Below, piece by piece: positions 47,770 through 56,459 of a DNA stretch of 64,000 nt. Both the position numbers and the translations under genes were made by a program. Position 1 is the stretch's first letter; each line of letters opens with the position of its first letter. The stretch is taken from the sequence record NC_055733.1; one strand, given 5' to 3'. The notes under the pieces are model-generated. The model worked only from the letters and a program-made list of their open reading frames with translations, was not told the origin of the DNA and ran no database searches.

Positions 47770-48010
47770 CTTTATCCCTCTTGATTCGTTTGCGTAGCAT
47801 GATATCCACTACAATAAGAACAGCAATAACCGCGCCAAAATACATCGCAAACGGACCGTCACTTTCGATAAAAGTATCGGTAATCCAAGCTTGACCGGCA
47901 GCGAATAACAGAGTTCCTAGCAATAGTTGCCATAGTGTGCAACAAAGTTTTTGAAAGAACTTGATATCGAATCCAGCCAACGCCCTTTTCAACTCTTCAT
48001 CTTGATTCAT
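47753..48010 (-). CDS. two-TM membrane protein (85 aa)
   Basis: Two hydrophobic helices; SD AGGAG. Confidence 0.68.
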   Translation of the reverse strand: MNQDEELKRALAGFDIKFFQKLCCTLWQLLLGTLLFAAGQAWITDTFIESDGPFAMYFGAVIAVLIVVDIMLRKRIKRDKDEITG

Positions 48011-48029
48011 TTTTGATCTCCTAAAACTG

Positions 48030-48036
48030 TATTTAG
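48030..48036 (-). promoter_or_regulatory. putative late promoter CTAAATA
   Basis: Same motif as upstream of gene 49. Confidence 0.55.
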
Positions 48037-48058
48037 AAGAGAATCGATTTTGTTTCCT

Positions 48059-48205
48059 CTATAACACTCCGATTTGACTCAAATAAACCATTAAAACGAT
48101 AGCAACAGAAAAACCACGAGTAAATCCATTGCCGAATATAAAACAAACAGCAAGCAATGATACAACAATGACTTCCACCGCTTGATCGCTAATGATTATT
48201 TGCAT
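48059..48205 (-). CDS. small hydrophobic protein (48 aa)
   Basis: MQIIISDQAVEVIVVSLLAVLFIFG...; below the ORF cutoff. Confidence 0.5.
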   Translation of the reverse strand: MQIIISDQAVEVIVVSLLAVCFIFGNGFTRGFSVAIVLMVYLSQIGVL

Positions 48206-48303
48206 TGTGTTAGACTCAGATCGTTGATTCCCATTCCCATTGTGATGATGATTACCATAACAAACATAGCAACCAGAAAACGGATTGTCCTGTCTTCATG
48301 CAT
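48196..48303 (-). CDS. small hydrophobic protein (35 aa)
   Basis: MHEDRTIRFLVAMFVMVIIITMG... Confidence 0.45.
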   Translation of the reverse strand: MHEDRTIRFLVAMFVMVIIITMGMGINDLSLTQCK

Positions 48304-48307
48304 GATG

Positions 48308-48635
48308 CTATAAAATATTGCAATCAGGGAAACAGATGCGATTAAAGTTGACATTACAGAACTCCAGTTCAATTAACTCGTAATCATCGGCAGTCTTACG
48401 CTTGATATCGTAATCAGACGGAGACGGATTATCAATGCCAGAGTTATACCACTCAACTGATTTTTTGTGATGAATCACGTTTTCAAAGATACTGCGATCT
48501 GATGAAATGAACGGAACAGAACACAGAAAATCGAAATCAGCGGTTACCGAATTGCAGAACTCCGCATTTCCGTTTGCGGTAGTGGAGATACCAAGCCACA
48601 TATCTTTCTTTTTTGTGACGCATTGCATAGAACAT
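48308..48635 (-). CDS. hypothetical protein (apparent extra A in the A6 run near 48612)
   Basis: The SD-aligned ATG at 48635 gives MFYAMRHKK|KDMWLG after a +1 correction. Confidence 0.6.
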
Positions 48636-48691
48636 GATATTTTCCTCTCTAAAAGATAGGCTCATTCTACACGAACGAGCCTAGTTGTCAA

Positions 48692-49027
48692 TCAAATCAG
48701 ACCAAGAATTTTCTTTTCTTCGTCACTCAGTTTTGCGAGTGCGGCAGCTTTCTTCTCGTTGTTGATTTTGATTTCGTAGTCTTCGCGCTTGCGAATGACT
48801 GTGATCCGATCTTTAACGAGGAAGCTGAATTCTTCACCGTCGATATCGAATGTCAGAACATCTTTTGCACCAGAGTAGCAAGCGCCGTTACCACCGTACC
48901 AACCCTTTCCTTTAGATAGTTCTAAACCCAAAGACTCGCTAGTGGAGTAGCAGAACACAGCAGAGCGACGTTCGTCGGTAGATATGGTGATTTCGTATGC
49001 TTTTTCTTTTTTCATTTGTACAGTCAT
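48692..49027 (-). CDS. hypothetical protein (111 aa)
   Basis: SD GAGG; C-terminal ALAKLSDEEKKILGL. Confidence 0.7.
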   Translation of the reverse strand: MTVQMKKEKAYEITISTDERRSAVFCYSTSESLGLELSKGKGWYGGNGACYSGAKDVLTFDIDGEEFSFLVKDRITVIRKREDYEIKINNEKKAAALAKLSDEEKKILGLI

Positions 49028-49034
49028 ATTAACC

Positions 49035-49223
49035 TCACAGATATTCAGTTGCACTTGCGATTTCGTTGCCGTTCAGTTTGATACTGATTTCCAATGTCAC
49101 ATCGTTATAATAACCGTGACGGCGATTCATTGAAATATCGAGATTTGATTTCAGGTATTCTTCTACCTTGTCTTCGATCTTCTGTTCCAACTCTTCTTCG
49201 CTGATATTAATCATTTTGCTCAT
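49035..49223 (-). CDS. hypothetical protein (62 aa)
   Basis: Operon packing. Confidence 0.6.
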   Translation of the reverse strand: MSKMINISEEELEQKIEDKVEEYLKSNLDISMNRRHGYYNDVTLEISIKLNGNEIASATEYL

Positions 49224-49391
49224 TTTACCAGTTGTCCTTTTCACCTACGATATCACAAATGTATTCTGAATCTTTGGCGATTACTTCGCCGTTCTACTTC
49301 GAGTTTGCCGTTGGTAGCACTCATTGGGACTTCCAGCTTTTCTTTCAGATACGCTTTAAGTTGTTCCAGTATATCTGAACTCAAACTGTTG

Positions 49392-49882
49392 TCAACTGAT
49401 TTTTCCACAATTTTTATGCTCTTTACATTGCGTTGTTGTGTAGCCGTCAAACACAGAACGAGCACGATAATAGTCCTTAGCTGTGAATCCGTTCACACTA
49501 TCAACGTGAATGAAATTTTGCTTTTGTGACTCCAACATGTCGTCGTCATCGTCAACAATCACATAATTCTCACATTCTTGATGTTTGTTCAGCCACTCTT
49601 GAATCAACTCTCCGCGATTTTCACCAACAAGATCTCTTGTTTTGAAATCCTCATGTAAGCATTCGGGAGGGAATCCTGCCATAGCAAGTTGATCCTTCAC
49701 CATCTGCAAATCACATCCAAGTCTCCAAGTGCTACTGTATACCACTTTCAAACCGTAGTCAACGATTAGTTGGATAAAAGCTTTACAGCTCCTATGTCTA
49801 CCATTTGTCCGTATTTCAAGTAACTGCTATCGCTATGAAATACTCCGTCAACATCGAGAAACAATACACGGCATTTTTTCAT
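49392..49882 (-). CDS. HAD-family phosphatase (RNA-repair-like HAD type), apparent 1-nt deletion near 49775
   Basis: FLDVDGV motif I, VVYSSTWR, RGELI..WL and YVIVDD; ATGA-coupled to the methyltransferase. Confidence 0.8.
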
Positions 49883-51126
49883 ACGTCAAGAGTCCACATC
49901 GTATCTTTCAGCCAATCTGGATACTTTCTACCGTCGCTGGTGTCAGTCTCGTCTAATGTGTTGCAATAAGCGATTTGATTTTCGATTTGAGTTCGGTATT
50001 CCTCTCCCAAAATCTTCACCAATCGCTCTATGGCAGCGTTTCTATTGTCCAGCATATACTCACAAGCGTATATACGAGAAACGATTGTACCAGCGTTCTG
50101 GCCTGCTTCCAGCATACGTTTCACGATACCTTCGAGTATGTTACCGTCACCGCATGAAGGCTCAAAGAAAGTCGAACTGGAATCCGGATCATCTATGTCG
50201 GTATGATCCAACATCTGATTTACGAGTTCAATCGGAGTGAAAAACTCGGCAGTTTTCTTCTGACGATCTCTATCAATCTTATCGGTAAACATCCTGGTAT
50301 CACCAACGACTTGCGTTTTGTGACGCTTACCGCCATAGTAATCTTCGATTACTTCTGGAACCCTAGATTTGATATCAAGCATATCGAATTTTTCGAATAG
50401 CTCGTCATCTGTCCAACGCTTCGTCATGTCTACCCATGGAATTGCATGTAGCTCTCCACTATCTAGGTGAACATTCATCTTATACAGAGAAAGCATGAAT
50501 CTTGCAAAGTCCGTTTTCAGATAAGCAATAAAATTCTCTGCCTCTTCTAATGTCTTGAATGCGAAATTAGTGCCACGTTTAGGCATTTCCGTAGTTGGAA
50601 TGTAGTCAACTGGGAACATGGTAAAGAAGTCTGAATTAAAGCGTTTGCCAGCTTCTGGCGGGTGTCCTCTAACACTTGCTATAGTGACGTAGTGACTCGC
50701 ATCACTAACTTCACCAGAGCAGGCATGATGCGCTACAGACTGAATTGGAAATCTGTCATACAGTTTAACACACCAATCGCCAATCATATTCAGACGATTG
50801 ATAGGCAGTCTAGCGTCATAGTAGCCAGACACATTAATCAGACCAGCTTTCATTGTTTTGTCAATAACGGTTATACTAAGCGGAGTCAAAAACCCGGCTT
50901 TGAAAACGGCATTACCGTCAAACAGATGAACACTTGTTGTATATGTTTTCATGTTGTCGAGTAGTTCGGCAACTCGTTTTGTTTGTCGCGTTGGCTTTCT
51001 GTTAATAAAAGGTCCAGACGGATGCACAGCGATAGTAACATCACATTTCTTTACACCTAAGTTAACAAAGTCAACGTGCAAACCAGCACTATATGGCGGG
51101 TTTGCAATCATATAATCAAAGTGCAT
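49879..51126 (-). CDS. amino-DNA methyltransferase, circularly permuted (IV-TRD-X-I order)
   Basis: N-terminal IANPPY; C-terminal EFFTP, FEPSCGDGN and YACE. Confidence 0.85.
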   Translation of the reverse strand: MHFDYMIANPPYSAGLHVDFVNLGVKKCDVTIAVHPSGPFINRKPTRQTKRVAELLDNMKTYTTSVHLFDGNAVFKAGFLTPLSITVIDKTMKAGLINVSGYYDARLPINRLNMIGDWCVKLYDRFPIQSVAHHACSGEVSDASHYVTIASVRGHPPEAGKRFNSDFFTMFPVDYIPTTEMPKRGTNFAFKTLEEAENFIAYLKTDFARFMLSLYKMNVHLDSGELHAIPWVDMTKRWTDDELFEKFDMLDIKSRVPEVIEDYYGGKRHKTQVVGDTRMFTDKIDRDRQKKTAEFFTPIELVNQMLDHTDIDDPDSSSTFFEPSCGDGNILEGIVKRMLEAGQNAGTIVSRIYACEYMLDNRNAAIERLVKILGEEYRTQIENQIAYCNTLDETDTSDGRKYPDWLKDTMWTLDV

Positions 51127-51811
51127 GAGTGCTCAGACGTTCTCCGTATTCGCGATCCATGCCGTATTCTTTTGCTATCTTCATAATAGCGATGTTCATT
51201 TTTACCAGCTTATCACGTTCCACGATGTAATCATTCATCATTACATCGAGTTCATGAGATTGGCGACGTCTGATCTCCGATTCAATTTGTTTGATTTGAA
51301 GTTTCAAGATATCGGTAGAAACTTCTTTGATATCCTTTTCCACTTTAGCAATGATCTCCGGTTTCTGTTGCTTAGGCTGTTTTTGTAGCAGATCGATTTT
51401 GCGCTCAGGAATTCGAACGTTCATCTTGAATCCATATTCGGTGCGCTTTGCTGCGAAAGGAGAAAATGCTTTCATTTGTTCGATCATTTTGTCCACAATC
51501 GACTGACTACCACGGCTGAACTCAAACTCAACGATATTAACAACGATGCCTTCGCCAAGTTTCGTTACATTAACACCCATCAACTCCGGGCACTGACCGT
51601 CTTCAATATACGCGCCAAACAATTCGTTTAGATGCGCTTTGCTGAATGAGCGGCTACCGATCATCGATTCTGTATAGCGTCTGATGTTTTTGCGGAACTT
51701 CGCTGGGTCGATATCGACTTTAGTTCCAGCTGGCTTGGAATGGGTTTCGCAAGCAATATTCAGGAATTTGTACCACTGATTACGCGCAACTAGCTTCCGT
51801 TTTTCGTTCAT
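51116..51811 (-). CDS. hypothetical protein with C-terminal coiled coil (231 aa)
   Basis: SD GGAG. Confidence 0.7.
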   Translation of the reverse strand: MNEKRKLVARNQWYKFLNIACETHSKPAGTKVDIDPAKFRKNIRRYTESMIGSRSFSKAHLNELFGAYIEDGQCPELMGVNVTKLGEGIVVNIVEFEFSRGSQSIVDKMIEQMKAFSPFAAKRTEYGFKMNVRIPERKIDLLQKQPKQQKPEIIAKVEKDIKEVSTDILKLQIKQIESEIRRRQSHELDVMMNDYIVERDKLVKMNIAIMKIAKEYGMDREYGERLSTHAL

Positions 51812-51839
51812 GATATCTCCTATAAGAGGGCCGAAGCCC

Positions 51840-52040
51840 TCAAATGTCAAACAGTGATGCAAGTCCTGGATGCTGTGGGAACTTCACATGTTTGGTGTTT
51901 TTGTCAATTGCCAATCCGGTTTGTTTAACAAACGCATCGAACTTTTCTTTAGAAGCAAAACGAACTTTGATCGTCCGTTTGCCACTCTTCATTTTCTCGA
52001 TTACGTGTTCCGGTGCGGCATCTGGGTTAACATATGCCAT
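51840..52040 (-). CDS. small protein related to the glycosyltransferase N-terminal domain (66 aa)
   Basis: IKVRFASKEKFDAFVKQTG..I..NTKHVKFP versus IEFEFDNNDDVAEFSKLAD..L..KTKSIWWP; TAATG coupling. Confidence 0.65.
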   Translation of the reverse strand: MAYVNPDAAPEHVIEKMKSGKRTIKVRFASKEKFDAFVKQTGLAIDKNTKHVKFPQHPGLASLFDI

Positions 52041-53239
52041 TATTCTTCCTCGTCGTTAGCGTCTTGTTCGGACGCTTTGATAGATGTTAGCACCATTCCG
52101 TATTCATTGCAACCTTCCGGAATAACATTTTTCAGTTTCAGACGATTAGAACGATACGGTGCATAGTCTACCCAGTGGTGCCAGCGACCGTTCATCCACT
52201 GCAATCTGGCAACGTCTGGATGCATGTCCACAATCATTTGCGACTTAGGCAGAGTACCTTCTTTTGAATAGAAAGCTTCTGTGTTACCGCCTGCCATCGC
52301 TTGAGTAACGAGTTTACCAGTCAAGAAAGCGTTATATTGAATCGTGCAATGACCGTCTTTCAAAACACGCAGGCTCAAATCGGTATCTTCGTTATAGCGA
52401 CCTCTCCAACGATACGGGATATCATTGAGAATCAACAGAGTGCTATAAATCCGACAGTTTTGAACGAACGGAGGCAACGACTCTTTCGGCACAGCAAAGA
52501 AGCGATAATGCGGACCAGCGATATAGACGTTTTCATAACGATCAACGTGATCTTCCATAGCACGGAAGATCGCGCCACTGTTAACGATTGTGCGCTTGTT
52601 TCCGTCAAGACGGAAGAAGTGTTGTTGGTTATCGTCCATTACCCAGTGACGCTTGAACCCCATTTTCATAGAGTGTTCCCAAGCAAAGTTACGAGCAGCG
52701 CCTGGACCCTTGCTTCGAGTGTTACCGAGATTATCAAATGTATCATATTCGTCAAGATATTTCTGATCAAGAATGATAACGGTCACATATTCATGATCAA
52801 CGCGGCTGTTATATTCTTCGAATTGAGATTCTTCTACAACGATATAATGCTTGACTTTCATACGCACCAAACTATCGGAAGTCAATCGCTTTTCCCATCG
52901 GGATTTTGATACGATGTAAATCGGATATTTTGGCTGATTCAAATCGGTGTAATCAGATACATACCGAATCACGGAGTAATCGTCTGGACCTTTCTTCGGC
53001 CACCAAATGCTCTTTGTCTTGTCACTTAACGGCAAGTCTGCGAGCTTAGAAAACTCGGCAACATCATCGTTATTATCGAACTCGAATTCAATCTCGGCAT
53101 AAGCGTCGATGATATCTTTCGGCTCATAGTGTGGCATTTGCTGCCAGTGGTCCCATGGATTATCTTCGTTGGCATATCGCTCATTGCGATAAATCAAATT
53201 GCCATCTAAGTCTCTTGTTTTTTCTACTTGTTTGCGCAT
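52040..53239 (-). CDS. GT-A fold glycosyltransferase (TET-associated/GREB1-like family)
   Basis: PIYIVSKSR, GAARN, HWVMDD, YSTLLILN, YNEDTDLSLR and GGNT. Confidence 0.8.
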   Translation of the reverse strand: MRKQVEKTRDLDGNLIYRNERYANEDNPWDHWQQMPHYEPKDIIDAYAEIEFEFDNNDDVAEFSKLADLPLSDKTKSIWWPKKGPDDYSVIRYVSDYTDLNQPKYPIYIVSKSRWEKRLTSDSLVRMKVKHYIVVEESQFEEYNSRVDHEYVTVIILDQKYLDEYDTFDNLGNTRSKGPGAARNFAWEHSMKMGFKRHWVMDDNQQHFFRLDGNKRTIVNSGAIFRAMEDHVDRYENVYIAGPHYRFFAVPKESLPPFVQNCRIYSTLLILNDIPYRWRGRYNEDTDLSLRVLKDGHCTIQYNAFLTGKLVTQAMAGGNTEAFYSKEGTLPKSQMIVDMHPDVARLQWMNGRWHHWVDYAPYRSNRLKLKNVIPEGCNEYGMVLTSIKASEQDANDEEE

Positions 53240-53301
53240 GTTCTTTCCAATAATGAAAACAGTGATATAAGGATATCACCGTTTCCGTGTTTTGTAAACA
53301 A

Positions 53302-54081
53302 TTAGAATGTTAGTAGGCTTTCGCGAACTTTGTTAATTTCTTCCGTAAGTGCTTTTGATTCTTTTTCATACTTGGCACGTTCGGATTGGAGCTTTGCAAT
53401 TTCTTGATCCACATTTCGTTGCTTTTCTTCCAGTAGACGAATGCGATCAAACTTGGAGCCATAGTTCAGTTCGAGGAAACGATTCACTTGAATCAAGTAT
53501 TGGCGTTTCATTTCGTTTTCGCTAACCGGAGGGCGAGCTGAGGTAATTGTTTGTTCTTGTTTCACAGTTTCTTCCTTTTTGAAGGGTTTCACCAGATCTG
53601 CGGCAACCAAAACTTTGTTTTCTTGCTTGAGATAAGGCATCATCGGCAGCGGCTTGAGAGTCTTTCTATCGGGAGACAAAAAGATCTTGGACTCGATTTG
53701 AACAACACCGTTAACGATCTCGGCATATCCCAGCTTAACAAGATTTGATTCTGCCATATGAGAGATAGTTTTAGATCGGATTACCATACGAATACAAGCA
53801 AACGACGTAAACTGATTGATGTTTCTCATAACAGAAGCGGAGTCCCACACTACCGATTCTCCACCAATAGCAATGTTAAACTTTTGTTTGACGTTATCGT
53901 CTTTGTCGAGTCGATCAGCTTTTCTCACATGACCCGCGGTATAATGATTATACACGCGAATTGTTTTACCGTCAACGGTAACGTTTTTGAAAAAGATGTG
54001 ATTCAGAATCGCCCGGCAAGCATTGTGTACCTTGATCTCCGCTTTCATCTTATTCCGATTAGATTTTACTTGACTACTCAT
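53302..54081 (-). CDS. srd: Srd-like protein
   Basis: FFKNVTVDG, IRMVIRSKTISHMA, FLSPDRKTL and a C-terminal coiled coil align by eye with T4 Srd as recalled. Confidence 0.65.
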   Translation of the reverse strand: MSSQVKSNRNKMKAEIKVHNACRAILNHIFFKNVTVDGKTIRVYNHYTAGHVRKADRLDKDDNVKQKFNIAIGGESVVWDSASVMRNINQFTSFACIRMVIRSKTISHMAESNLVKLGYAEIVNGVVQIESKIFLSPDRKTLKPLPMMPYLKQENKVLVAADLVKPFKKEETVKQEQTITSARPPVSENEMKRQYLIQVNRFLELNYGSKFDRIRLLEEKQRNVDQEIAKLQSERAKYEKESKALTEEINKVRESLLTF

Positions 54082-54959
54082 TACGCTTCCTTAAAGCTAT
54101 ATTTGTCTAGGATCTGAGTCATGATAGTGATTTTCGGTTGCAAAGTCAACATCACTTCATGATATTCCGCGTCTGCTTGTTGTTGTTCAGCGATAGCCAT
54201 GTCCAGTTGCGCTTGTGCTTGTGCTACCAGTTGTTTAGCAGTTTTCACATTAACGGCTTTATTCGAGCGAACACGATCCAGCTTCTGGAGTTCAGCAAAT
54301 CCTGGCAACACTTTTTCGAGGTCGATATCAAAAACATCTTGACGAACATCTTCTTTCTTACTCATTTCGTCCAATGTTTTTGCGTTTTCTTTCCGAGTAT
54401 CTTTGTACATGATATCGTGTCCAATAGACTTTTTATCGGTACGCGGTAGATAATCTTCTCCAACTTTTGACTCAGGAACCGGAATAATGACGCGGCACTT
54501 GTATTCGAACGGGTCGCAATGCCACACGCGCATACCAGTTTCACCGTCTCGAAAACTCCAGTTTTCCATAGAGAAGTGTTTGCCGATTTTAGATTCGAGC
54601 AACTTTCTCGGAACTTCGCACTTGAAATAAAGCGCGATTTGGTTTGGAGAAATTACTCGATACTGCCAACCCGCAGTTTGTAGACCAGGCCACATTGCAC
54701 CAAGCTTTTCGAACGGACGATATTTGCCGTCGTTGTTATTGTACATAGACTTGGTAAACGCGGTATGAGATCCGAACATCCGAATGAATGCGGAACCAAT
54801 GCGAACGAGATTTGTACTAGAGAACAAGTTACCCTCAAGGATTCGGGTACGAGTTTGACCGTCCACAGTCACGTTTTCGCAGAACAGATTTTGTTCCATG
54901 CGGATAAGAAAGTTCTTGAATTTCTTATCTTTGAATACTAATTTACGACCTTCTTTCAT
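54081..54959 (-). CDS. hypothetical protein sharing the N-terminal NVTVDG motif and C-terminal coiled coil with Srd
   Basis: LFCENVTVDGQT; TAATG coupling. Confidence 0.65.
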   Translation of the reverse strand: MKEGRKLVFKDKKFKNFLIRMEQNLFCENVTVDGQTRTRILEGNLFSSTNLVRIGSAFIRMFGSHTAFTKSMYNNNDGKYRPFEKLGAMWPGLQTAGWQYRVISPNQIALYFKCEVPRKLLESKIGKHFSMENWSFRDGETGMRVWHCDPFEYKCRVIIPVPESKVGEDYLPRTDKKSIGHDIMYKDTRKENAKTLDEMSKKEDVRQDVFDIDLEKVLPGFAELQKLDRVRSNKAVNVKTAKQLVAQAQAQLDMAIAEQQQADAEYHEVMLTLQPKITIMTQILDKYSFKEA

Positions 54960-54961
54960 TA

Positions 54962-55186
54962 TTAAGCCTCCGCTTTGATATAGCCAACGATATCAGAGAA
55001 AGTAACAGACTCCATACCAACCCCGATTTTATCATTAACACTATACACCGTGCCATAGTCTTCATCTTCGCGCTGTGATACAATGAAAACCTTGCCGTTT
55101 TTCATATGAACTTCCATATCATTCTGATTAGACAGATCCAAGTTGATGTATTGAACAGTTTTGATAGCGGAGATTTGAGCCAACAT
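54962..55186 (-). CDS. hypothetical protein (74 aa)
   Basis: SD GAGG and promoter upstream. Confidence 0.65.
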   Translation of the reverse strand: MLAQISAIKTVQYINLDLSNQNDMEVHMKNGKVFIVSQREDEDYGTVYSVNDKIGVGMESVTFSDIVGYIKAEA

Positions 55187-55227
55187 GGTGTATTCCTCGT
55201 TTCGTTTGATGTAGCTATATTATCATA

Positions 55228-55746
55228 TCAATATTCTACGTCAAGCACTTTTCTAGCGTGATCCACATTTTTTACACATCGGATTAGTTCACCAATCTTG
55301 TCTTTCTTGATAACAAGCGTAGTAAAGTCGCCGTCGCTATTCATATCAAAGATTATGTTTTGTTTTGAAGTTCTAACACCAAGCCGAGAGTTCTTGATCT
55401 TCATTCTGCCAACTTGTATGTTAGCTGATTTAAATCTGGACTCGGTAACAATAGAATCAGAACGTTTCATGAAATTAACAAATCGATCATGATCCTCTCG
55501 CTTAGGCAACTGGAACCAAACTTTCTTATTGAAATTCTCAGTTACCTCCATAACAGTCGTATGATCTTTGATATAAAAAGAGATTGTATAAAACTGATTT
55601 ACACATACACCAGAACAAGCAACGACTTCCTTATTACCGGCGTTTAGTCTTGAATAGAACTCTTGGTCACTCACAATAGCAGCGTTGGCAGATGTTACTG
55701 CCAACGCGATTGCAAGATTACTCCAGAGATTCGTCGCATTCTTCAT
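55228..55746 (-). CDS. exported protein (signal peptide)
   Basis: ...LAIALAVTSANA| signal-like N-terminus. Confidence 0.65.
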   Translation of the reverse strand: MKNATNLWSNLAIALAVTSANAAIVSDQEFYSRLNAGNKEVVACSGVCVNQFYTISFYIKDHTTVMEVTENFNKKVWFQLPKREDHDRFVNFMKRSDSIVTESRFKSANIQVGRMKIKNSRLGVRTSKQNIIFDMNSDGDFTTLVIKKDKIGELIRCVKNVDHARKVLDVEY

Positions 55747-56044
55747 ACAGAACGGATTCATCACAGATTACCTCGTCTTCATTGGTACCGTCTTCTACTT
55801 GATCCGCAGTGCTATTCTGCATAGCATTCATGAGCATCATAGTAGTTACTACGTTAGAAGCAGTGTTGGTGTGAACGGCTGCATTGCTCACAGTAGCAGG
55901 ACGAGACACCGGAGCACTAACAGGACGCGATACAGTCATCGGTCGGCTGATAGTCATAGGACGACTCATACTAATAGCGGCATTAGCAAATTCAACAACA
56001 CACAGGCCAGCAAACATCATAACAGCAATAACAGATTTTTTCAT
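55718..56044 (-). CDS. exported low-complexity protein with SRP(M/V/A) repeats
   Basis: MKKSVIAVMMFAGL...ANA|; SRPMTISRPMTVSRPVSAPVSRPA. Confidence 0.65.
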   Translation of the reverse strand: MKKSVIAVMMFAGLCVVEFANAAISMSRPMTISRPMTVSRPVSAPVSRPATVSNAAVHTNTASNVVTTMMLMNAMQNSTADQVEDGTNEDEVICDESVLYEECDESLE

Positions 56045-56158
56045 TTGAACCCCAGAAATATTACACACAAAAACATCATAAACATTTGAATAAACGTTTC
56101 CACTTTCTTAATTCTCTTGCCAGAATTCTAAGAAAGTGGGGACAATCCCCACCCGTTT

Positions 56159-56395
56159 TTAATCTACTTTTCTGATAACGTAATGATAGCCAAGCATTTT
56201 CAGTTTATTTTCGAAGTTGCACCCTTTCTTGAAATCACCGTCGATTGTGTGAATCGCGTTGTAACCAATAACATGTCCTACTTTAGAACGAATCGGCTCA
56301 ATGGTCATGATTGCACCTGCCATAGACAGTTTGAAATCAGCGGTGATATCGATGTAACGTGCAGTCGGAACAACAACAGTAAACACATATTTCAT
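56159..56395 (-). CDS. hypothetical protein (78 aa)
   Basis: SD AGGAG. Confidence 0.62.
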   Translation of the reverse strand: MKYVFTVVVPTARYIDITADFKLSMAGAIMTIEPIRSKVGHVIGYNAIHTIDGDFKKGCNFENKLKMLGYHYVIRKVD

Positions 56396-56459
56396 AACAA
56401 TCTCCTCATCAGAAAGTGGAGTCATTATCTATGGATTACCAACAGCCGTCAACAACTTT

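Noticed and set aside
49245-49385. Possible ribozyme or riboswitch fold (long-range gtatctgaa/ttcagaatac pairing)
   Set aside because: It lacks hammerhead, twister or SAM core motifs; better explained as a frameshifted small gene.
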